From: Candidatus Iainarchaeum sp. | GTDB taxonomy: Archaea; Iainarchaeota; Iainarchaeia; Iainarchaeales; CSSED10-239 | Length of the DNA: 64,000 nt | Reading direction: 5' to 3' | NCBI GenBank assembly: GCA_028700115.1 | Contig: JAQVTI010000001.1 | Coordinates: 107,798-171,797, forward strand | In this document: piece after piece, positions 57,539 through 64,000 of the stretch | Position numbering within the stretch: the stretch's first letter is position 1 | How the letters are laid out: each line of letters opens with the position of its first letter | Notes under the pieces: generated by a model | What the model was told of the DNA's origin: nothing | What the model saw: only the letters and a program-made list of their open reading frames with translations | Database searches by the model: none | Translations under genes and position numbers: made by a program

Positions 57539-58114
57539 TCATACATTAATATAGTCTTTATGAATATACTCTTTTACAAATAATAAAACATCTTTATTTG
57601 TAAATTGATTTATACTCTTTTTATGATCTTCAAAAAACAGTTCATAACAATATCTAAGATATGAAGGATTAAGAGTTTTTACTTGGTTAAAAAATTTAAC
57701 TTTTAACTCTTTAGAAATATCTAATTCTTTTATTTTTTTATCTAATTTATATTTTAAGATATTTCCTTGTCTATCAGATCTATTAACATAGATTTCTGCT
57801 TCACGTTTTTCTATTTGTGCATATTTTAAAAAATGTTCAACAATTTTTATATATTCTTTTTGAGTTAGTTTTTTCATTAACTCTTTTGTAGTCATGTTTT
57901 TTTTATCTCTTAAAAGAATATTATGCATATGAAAAACAATATCAGAATCTGATAAAAATTTATCTTTTTGTTTAATTAGTTCTCTTAGTTTAGGGTCTAC
58001 TACTTTTTGATTTAGTTTCTTTGTAGACCTATTTCTAGTTATTTTAAAACTTTGTCTTTTTTCCTTAAATGTATAAGGTTTATTTGTTTTTGGATTTATT
58101 TTTCTAAAAGGCAT
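57539..58114 (-). CDS. hypothetical basic protein
   Basis: ORF only. Starts 2 nt after the right direct-repeat copy. Confidence 0.3.
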   Translation of the reverse strand: MPFRKINPKTNKPYTFKEKRQSFKITRNRSTKKLNQKVVDPKLRELIKQKDKFLSDSDIVFHMHNILLRDKKNMTTKELMKKLTQKEYIKIVEHFLKYAQIEKREAEIYVNRSDRQGNILKYKLDKKIKELDISKELKVKFFNQVKTLNPSYLRYCYELFFEDHKKSINQFTNKDVLLFVKEYIHKDYINV

Positions 58115-58216
58115 AAATAATTAACTCTTTTATATTATAACAAATATATAAAAGATAAATAAATTTATAAATAGTAATTTTTATTAAAAAAATAAATTTT
58201 TTTAAAGAAAATTCAT

Positions 58217-58960
58217 TTAATTAATTTTATTTAAAATAAACTTACAAATAAGTTTAAAATCTAATCTATATTTTTTTAAAATATAATGATTTGTTGAATT
58301 ATTATACAATTTTATTTTATAATCATCATTTATTATATTATTTAATTTATTAATAACTATAGATTTATCTTTTATTGGAAAATTATTATCTTTTAGTATA
58401 ACATAGATATCATAAATATCTTTACCTTCATCTCTATTTATAAAAGCTTTAATTTTTTGATAAAATAATTCTTCTAAACTATAAACATTAAAATAAGATA
58501 TATCAAAATCAACAAATCCAGGATAAATTATTTTTTTATTAATATCAGGCATATCTTTATTATTTAATCTAAATTCAAGCATAATTTTATCTTTTTGATT
58601 AATCTCATTAATATACTGAATATCAAATCTAATTGTTTTATTCATGATTCTTGGTTTATTTACAATATAAGATTTCAAATATTTTTTTAAAATTAAATAA
58701 ATATCTTCTTTTAAAATATTTATTTCTTTTTTAGAAAAAATATCAAAATCAATATCTTCAGAAAATCTTTTAAATTTATTAAAATAAACTCTATTTAAAG
58801 AAGTTCCTCCTTTTAATATTATATTATCAAATTTATTCTCTAATAATTTAAATATTTTTGAAATTTCTTTATCTTTTATAATATAATTTGTAGATAATCC
58901 AGTATCTAAACAAATTTTTCTAATAAGTTTTATATCCATTAATTTAATACCACCAATCAA
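58217..58960 (-). CDS. abiEii: AbiEii/AbiGii-family nucleotidyltransferase toxin (type IV TA, DUF1814)
   Basis: IILKGGTSLNRVYFNKFKRFSEDIDFDIF matches the LKGGTAL...RFSEDIDF signature. Confidence 0.65.
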   Translation of the reverse strand: MIGGIKLMDIKLIRKICLDTGLSTNYIIKDKEISKIFKLLENKFDNIILKGGTSLNRVYFNKFKRFSEDIDFDIFSKKEINILKEDIYLILKKYLKSYIVNKPRIMNKTIRFDIQYINEINQKDKIMLEFRLNNKDMPDINKKIIYPGFVDFDISYFNVYSLEELFYQKIKAFINRDEGKDIYDIYVILKDNNFPIKDKSIVINKLNNIINDDYKIKLYNNSTNHYILKKYRLDFKLICKFILNKIN

Positions 58961-59732
58961 TTATATTTTTTTCACCTAAATTATCTTTTAGTTTCCATTT
59001 ATCTATATATTTTGATTTTTTATTATTTATATTTAATAAATAAGTATTAGATTTGTCTTGAGATAATAAATATTTTAAAAAATAATTAGGTATTTTTAAA
59101 TTTGTATTTTTAAGTAAAATATCTAAAATATAGCCAGTAATTTGATTTTGTCTTTTACTAGAGTATTTTTTATAAATTAATAATAATTTATTCCAATTTA
59201 TTTTATTTGAACCTAAATATATAGCTTTAGATAAAATAGAATAACTACCTATATATTTAAATTTATTAAAACAATCAAATATAGTTTTTTCTAAAGAAGA
59301 AATATAAATATTATCTATTCTTATAAAATCATTATAAAAATTAGTATTTATATATTTTAGATTATATTCATATAATTTAATATTTTTAGATTTTTTATTA
59401 GTAGAAATATATATGTTGAAAGGATGGTAATCTATTAAACCATAATAAAATAAAGCAGATGAAAAAGAAATATATCCAGGATATAAATTAGTTGCTATTT
59501 CAAAAAGATCATTTATTGAAAAAATATCTTTTTTAATATAATTATTTTTTTTAAGATTTAATAAATACCCTTTATCTTTTAATTGTTTTAATAAAAAATT
59601 AATCTTATAATTAGAATAATCTTTAAAAGCAGATTTTAAATCATTGTTTTTTAATATATTATTCTTTTTTTTAGAATCTATATAGTTATACAAATAATTT
59701 TCATTATTTGTTAATTGGTTATTTTTTTGCAT
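58944..59732 (-). CDS. abiEi: AbiEi-family antitoxin / transcriptional regulator
   Basis: YPGYISFSSALFYYGLIDYHP matches the AbiEi_4 motif YxSxxSALxxHGL. Overlaps the downstream toxin gene by 17 nt. Confidence 0.6.
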   Translation of the reverse strand: MQKNNQLTNNENYLYNYIDSKKKNNILKNNDLKSAFKDYSNYKINFLLKQLKDKGYLLNLKKNNYIKKDIFSINDLFEIATNLYPGYISFSSALFYYGLIDYHPFNIYISTNKKSKNIKLYEYNLKYINTNFYNDFIRIDNIYISSLEKTIFDCFNKFKYIGSYSILSKAIYLGSNKINWNKLLLIYKKYSSKRQNQITGYILDILLKNTNLKIPNYFLKYLLSQDKSNTYLLNINNKKSKYIDKWKLKDNLGEKNIIDWWY

Positions 59733-59937
59733 ATAACATAATTATATTACATAACCTTTAAAAAATTAACCAAAAAATATTTATTTAAAATATATTAAAA
59801 ATAAATAAAATTTTAAGAAAAAGAATAAGTTTTAGATTTTTAAAATTTTTTTAAAAATAAAAAAAAGAAAAGAAAGAAAAGGAAATAAATCCTTTATCTT
59901 TAACGGTTTAGATTTAATCTATTTTATTTTCAAACAT

Positions 59938-62493
59938 TTACATGTTTTCAATAACGTTGATTAATTCTTTAGCAGCCATTGCAGTGTCTTCAGCTGTCAT
60001 TCCAGCAACAACAATATTACCTTCAGCGTTTTGTCCTAATACATAGTCTCCAGAAGCTGTTAACATAGTATCTAATCCTATATTTTGAGCTAATGTGTTA
60101 ACTAAGTGACCACCAACAATGATTTTGTTTCCTGCTGGGTTTTCGTTATCAAGGTATACTAATTTGTTTGTTGCAACATTCCATGTCATTGGAACAATAG
60201 CATCAGTTGCAGCTCCACCAGATAAAGCAACAGCATCTAATGATACAGATACTCCGTCTTCTGTTTGTTGTTCTCCTTCAGCTGTTAAAGTGAATGTTGA
60301 ACCGTTAATTGATGTTGAAGTACTAGCTCCTCCACCAACGAAGATTTGTCCATATAATTTAGTATCAGGAACAATTGCAGTAAACATACCTCCGTCTACT
60401 TCAGCATATGTACCAAATTCTGTATATCCCCAAGTTAAATCATCAGAATCTTCTTGATTTAGTGTGTAAGTTACAGCATCACCAGTTGTGAAAGCTGAAT
60501 TTCCATTTACAACAAGAACTTGATCAACAACAGCTAAATAAGATGAATCATCTGTATCTACTAAATTTCCAGTTCCAGCATCAATATGAGCTACTACTGA
60601 ATCTTGACCATCATCAACAACAAATTCAAACATAGATTTCATATCAGTACCGTCTGTTAAAACACCTGTAGCAGTTTTACCAACATATGTACCATCACTA
60701 GTTGCAGCAACATCTATTTGTGTATATATATTTTTAATAGTCCAATCTTGAGTAGGACTATCAATAGTACCTTCAATAGATCCTGCAGCACCTTCTTTAA
60801 GACCTAATGCAAATTGAGTAATATCATTTGTTCCAGTTGCACCATCTTCGTTAATATATAAACCATAAGCTAATTTTTCAGATTCATTATTATATAATGG
60901 GATTGTTAAATCTGTAAATGCAGCATCTGTGTAAACAAATTTAGAATTATCTGTATTTGTTGTTTCCCAAGTCCAAACATTAGAAGTTTTTGTTAAGTAA
61001 TCTCCATCATCATCTTCTAATTGAACTGTGAAATAACCAATATCTAAAGCATCATTTGCAGCATTAGGAATTCCACCAACATTGGAATCTTCATTACCAT
61101 ATATAAAACTATCATAAGAACCTACATCTGTAGTAGTATTAAAATCCTCATCAGCTGTATGGAATTCAATGTATAATTTCTTATCATCTAATGTTTGCAT
61201 AGTTGTATAGTTTTCACCATCTCCGTAAGTTCCATCTTCTTCTTCATAAAAGAATACTTTGTGATCGTCGTCAGTAGCATCTATATAAGAAATATATCCA
61301 TCTTCAACAATTACTTCTTTTGATGATTCATTAGTTAAACCTAAAAAGTCAATAGAACCTAAATCAAATGGTAAAACAATAGAGTCATCTACTTTTAAAG
61401 CATCTTCATCTTCCCATTGAACATCTTGATCTTCATTAGTAAATACTATTTTTGTAATAGGATCAGAACCTGTAAAACTAACTTTCCATAATTTATCATC
61501 TATATTTGGGAAATCTTCAATAATTTGTCCACTTTCAAGCTCTATACTTGTACTTGTACCTGAAACAACAGTTACTTTTTTATCATAAACTGTATCTATT
61601 TCTACATTTGATTCTAAATATTCGTTGAATACTGTTTCATAATCTGTAAAAACTTCAGAAGCTAAAATTGCACCATTTTGAGAAATACTTAATTCAACAG
61701 AATAATTATTACTAGATTCTAAAATATCTTCAACAGTGATTGTATATCCGTCAACTTCAAAAGAAGCACCTTCTTCATAAGGAGCTGTATTTTTATTTTG
61801 AACTAAAGTTACAATTCCATTAGAATAGTCTTCAAGAGTATATTCATTACCCATTAAATTAAATTTGAAATCAGGACTACCTTCATCATTAGCACCATTA
61901 TTAATTCCAGGATTAAATTCAAGAGTATATGAAATATCCCCTCTATCAAATGATGCTGTTAAATCAGCTACATCTTTATCTGAATCAAAAGCAACTGTAG
62001 GAGTAATAGTAATACTTTCTTGTACATTTATTTCATCAGTATCAAAAATACTATCATCAACATCTACGTCATAATCTCCTAAAACAGAATAATCTCTGTC
62101 ATCAAGAGTTTCTGTAACACTAGTAGATCCTAATTCCCAATCATCTGTTAACAAACCGTCTCCAGAAATTGTAGATGTTGATTCAGCACCAGCTGTAACA
62201 GTTACACTTTCTAATGCAGCTCCAGCGATTGCGTCACCTGATGTGTAAGCTTTCTTTCCAATAGCAGCAGCTATGTTTCCAGCCCATACAACATCAACTG
62301 GTTGAGCCATAGATCCAACGATTACATTGTAAGCTGGTCCTGTAGCACCAAATAATTGATCTTTTGTTAAGTTGTCTATTCCAGTGTATGTGTCATCTGC
62401 CATGTTAGCAGCAGCAACAGCACCTGCAAATAAAGCAGAAACTGCAAAAACACCTGCACCAGCAACTATTTTCTTCATATTTATATTCTTCAT
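59938..62493 (-). CDS. putative S-layer / major cell-surface protein
   Basis: Sec signal MKKIVAGAGVFAVSALFAGAVAAA. 851 aa, Thr/Asp/Gly/Val-rich with almost no Lys, unlike the K/N/I-rich rest of the window. Local GC clearly higher. Long AT-rich promoter region. Confidence 0.5.
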   Translation of the reverse strand: MKNINMKKIVAGAGVFAVSALFAGAVAAANMADDTYTGIDNLTKDQLFGATGPAYNVIVGSMAQPVDVVWAGNIAAAIGKKAYTSGDAIAGAALESVTVTAGAESTSTISGDGLLTDDWELGSTSVTETLDDRDYSVLGDYDVDVDDSIFDTDEINVQESITITPTVAFDSDKDVADLTASFDRGDISYTLEFNPGINNGANDEGSPDFKFNLMGNEYTLEDYSNGIVTLVQNKNTAPYEEGASFEVDGYTITVEDILESSNNYSVELSISQNGAILASEVFTDYETVFNEYLESNVEIDTVYDKKVTVVSGTSTSIELESGQIIEDFPNIDDKLWKVSFTGSDPITKIVFTNEDQDVQWEDEDALKVDDSIVLPFDLGSIDFLGLTNESSKEVIVEDGYISYIDATDDDHKVFFYEEEDGTYGDGENYTTMQTLDDKKLYIEFHTADEDFNTTTDVGSYDSFIYGNEDSNVGGIPNAANDALDIGYFTVQLEDDDGDYLTKTSNVWTWETTNTDNSKFVYTDAAFTDLTIPLYNNESEKLAYGLYINEDGATGTNDITQFALGLKEGAAGSIEGTIDSPTQDWTIKNIYTQIDVAATSDGTYVGKTATGVLTDGTDMKSMFEFVVDDGQDSVVAHIDAGTGNLVDTDDSSYLAVVDQVLVVNGNSAFTTGDAVTYTLNQEDSDDLTWGYTEFGTYAEVDGGMFTAIVPDTKLYGQIFVGGGASTSTSINGSTFTLTAEGEQQTEDGVSVSLDAVALSGGAATDAIVPMTWNVATNKLVYLDNENPAGNKIIVGGHLVNTLAQNIGLDTMLTASGDYVLGQNAEGNIVVAGMTAEDTAMAAKELINVIENM

Positions 62494-62865
62494 ATATTCA
62501 CCTTTTTTTTTATATAAAGACTGAACCTGTGTAAATTAATTTTAAGTTAACAAAAAAACAAAGTTAGCTTATAAAACAGATTCGCCAAAGTAACGTTCAT
62601 AGTTTACACTCATGTTACTGTAAGATATTAAAGAAAGAATATATTTAAAAAGGTAAGTTTTTTGGAAAGAAAACAAAAGGTTTATAAAGAAATATGCCTC
62701 ATAAAAATTGTTTTCCAAACCATAAAAAAACCTTATTTTAGACATATAATAATAAATTATATTTGTTTATATATAATATATATTAAATATATAATATTTT
62801 AAAATATAATCTATTGAATAAAAAAAGAACAAAAAAGAACTAAAAAGAAAATATCTAAAAAAAAA

Positions 62866-63401
62866 TTATTTATCTAGATAAATATCTAGATACATAGGCA
62901 AGGCACCTTTATCTCTTTCTTTTAATATTTTAAATTTAAATTTTTTATAAAAATGAATAGAATCTTTACTTTTGTCCTTATTTCTTTTTACATCTAAAAT
63001 TAAAAATCTACAACCACAAATACTAGATAACTTTTTAGCTACACTATAAGAAATTTCAAGTAACATTGTTCCAAAGCCCATTCTTGAAAAATCATCATCA
63101 ACTGCAAGTCTACCTATCTTTAATGCAGGAATTGCTTTATATTTAACATTTTTTTAAGAAAAAAAGTCTTTAAAGGTTTAGTTAAATTTAAAGAATCAGT
63201 TAATAAAGTAACATAACATACTAAATTATCTTTATAAAATAATAAATAAGTAGTAGATATTTTTTGTTTTTAATTACTTAAAGCATCATCTACTAAAAAA
63301 TCTTTCAAATCTTTCTCATAGGTTTTAAAATTAGTAATAATATCTTTGTCAGTTTTTAAAATAGGTCTAATTTTAATATATTTTAAATTTATTTTTTCCA
63401 T
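62866..63401 (-). pseudogene. GNAT-family acetyltransferase (toxin-like size, about 178 codons) disrupted by two frameshifts in A/T homopolymer runs
   Basis: Three consecutive minus-strand frames: MEKINLKYIKIRPILKTDKD..DDALSN* / KQKISTTYLLFYKDNLVCYVTLLTD..KKMLNIKQFLH* / KNVKYKAIPALKIGRLAVDDDFSRMGFGTMLLE..CRFLILDV..FYKKFKFKIL. Motif A is intact. The frame changes sit near nt 63285 and 63160. Confidence 0.55.
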
Positions 63402-63556
63402 AATTGACTTTCATAAAAAGATCTGTTCTTTTCTGCATTTTTAATAAATGCAACTCTTTCTTTAGAAGGATGCTTTAACTCTTTAGCCCATCCTTTAATA
63501 AACTTATCAGCATCATCCCCTCTTAATACAGGAGTTGCTCTAATTAGTTTAGCCAT
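63389..63556 (-). CDS. small protein (55 aa) upstream of and overlapping the GNAT gene start; possible antitoxin-like partner
   Basis: Manual translation MAKLIRATPVLRGDDADKFIKGWAKELKHPSKERVAFIKNAEKNRSFYESQLWKK. Its stop overlaps the GNAT ATG by 11 nt. Confidence 0.3.
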   Translation of the reverse strand: MAKLIRATPVLRGDDADKFIKGWAKELKHPSKERVAFIKNAEKNRSFYESQLWKK

Positions 63557-63709
63557 ATTTATCACATTTATATAATATATATGTATTTATTAAAACAATT
63601 TATAAGTATTTGTATTACAAATAAAAAAAGAACAAAAAAGAAAGAGAAATAGAATATAAATTTTTAAAAAAAAGAAAATAAAAAAACAGTTTTTAATATT
63701 TTAAAAAAA

Positions 63710-64000
63710 CTATCTCCTTCCACCACTAACTGCATCTTCTATTGTCCAATTAAAATTATTTATAATATAGTCTTTTGCAGTAAGTCCATCTCCAGAAGGA
63801 GTACTATTTCCTGCATCAAAAGATACATTTGATTGTAAAGGCAATTTACTCCAACTAATTAATAAAGAATTATAATTTGAAGAAGATAAAGAAGTAATTG
63901 AAAACATATTTCCCATATCTGTTACATTAGAAACATTCCAAGAAGCTAAATTTTGATCGAAAACCTCATTATTACAAAACATATAATACATATTATTTAC
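63710..64000 (-). CDS. DUF285/BspA-like surface protein, C-terminal part (continues past window end)
   Basis: MYYMFCNNEVFDQNLASWNVSNVTDMGNMF repeats, same family as 43025..44299. Reading frame is open to nt 64000. Confidence 0.5.
   Translation of the reverse strand, partial: VNNMYYMFCNNEVFDQNLASWNVSNVTDMGNMFSITSLSSSNYNSLLISWSKLPLQSNVSFDAGNSTPSGDGLTAKDYIINNFNWTIEDAVSGGRR

Noticed and set aside
55378-58114. Paralogy between the two hypothetical basic proteins flanking the AAA ATPase
   Set aside because: Visual comparison of the two sequences shows no convincing shared motifs. I treat them as unrelated ORFans pending a profile comparison.
1-64000. rRNA genes, CRISPR arrays, IS elements with transposase
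   Set aside because: No GC-rich structured RNA-sized segments apart from the three tRNAs. No spaced repeat arrays. No transposase or integrase ORFs recognised.

Overview
This is an AT-rich (about 25% GC) archaeal chromosomal segment, probably from a small-genome, low-GC archaeon (DPANN-like). The calls rest on motif reading only; no homology search was run.

Most of the window is densely packed housekeeping genes. ABCE1/RLI is at the 5' edge, followed by aEF-1beta with a small Zn-ribbon protein missing from the ORF track, a histone, and a complete exosome/proteasome superoperon on the minus strand (rpp30, pop5, psmA, SBDS, rrp4, rrp41, rrp42, L37ae, rpoP, Brix, Pcc1-like, prefoldin beta). Further along are ArgRS with an adjacent tRNA-Arg, Taw1, RadA, an Mre11-like gene, an ArsR-IscS-IscU operon, PorGDAB, acetate kinase, Top6A/B, the aIF1A-Rio-KH cluster, aIF2beta, MCM and RPA. 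I call three tRNAs by hand: Arg-TCG, Arg-TCT and Cys-GCA.

Accessory or unusual content:
- a cluster of four type IV pilin-like genes with class III signal peptides
- two DUF285/BspA-like surface proteins, one with an archaeal pilin-type signal peptide
- a FlaI/VirB11-like secretion ATPase with a Cys-rich N-terminal extension
- two inteins in porB, one carrying a LAGLIDADG endonuclease and one mini-intein
- an AsnB-like amidotransferase fused to a Dph6/MJ0570-like PP-loop domain
- a Taw1 operon partner that resembles an [FeFe]-hydrogenase H-cluster domain
- a PEP-synthase-like protein that lacks the PEP-binding barrel
- an archaeal presenilin/SPP homolog
- an AbiEi/AbiEii toxin-antitoxin pair
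- an AAA-ATPase islet flanked by 53-bp perfect direct repeats and palindromic operator-like motifs
- a GNAT toxin-like gene broken by two homopolymer frameshifts, with a small upstream partner
- an S-layer-like gene whose composition differs sharply from the rest of the window
- several tandem repeats in promoter regions
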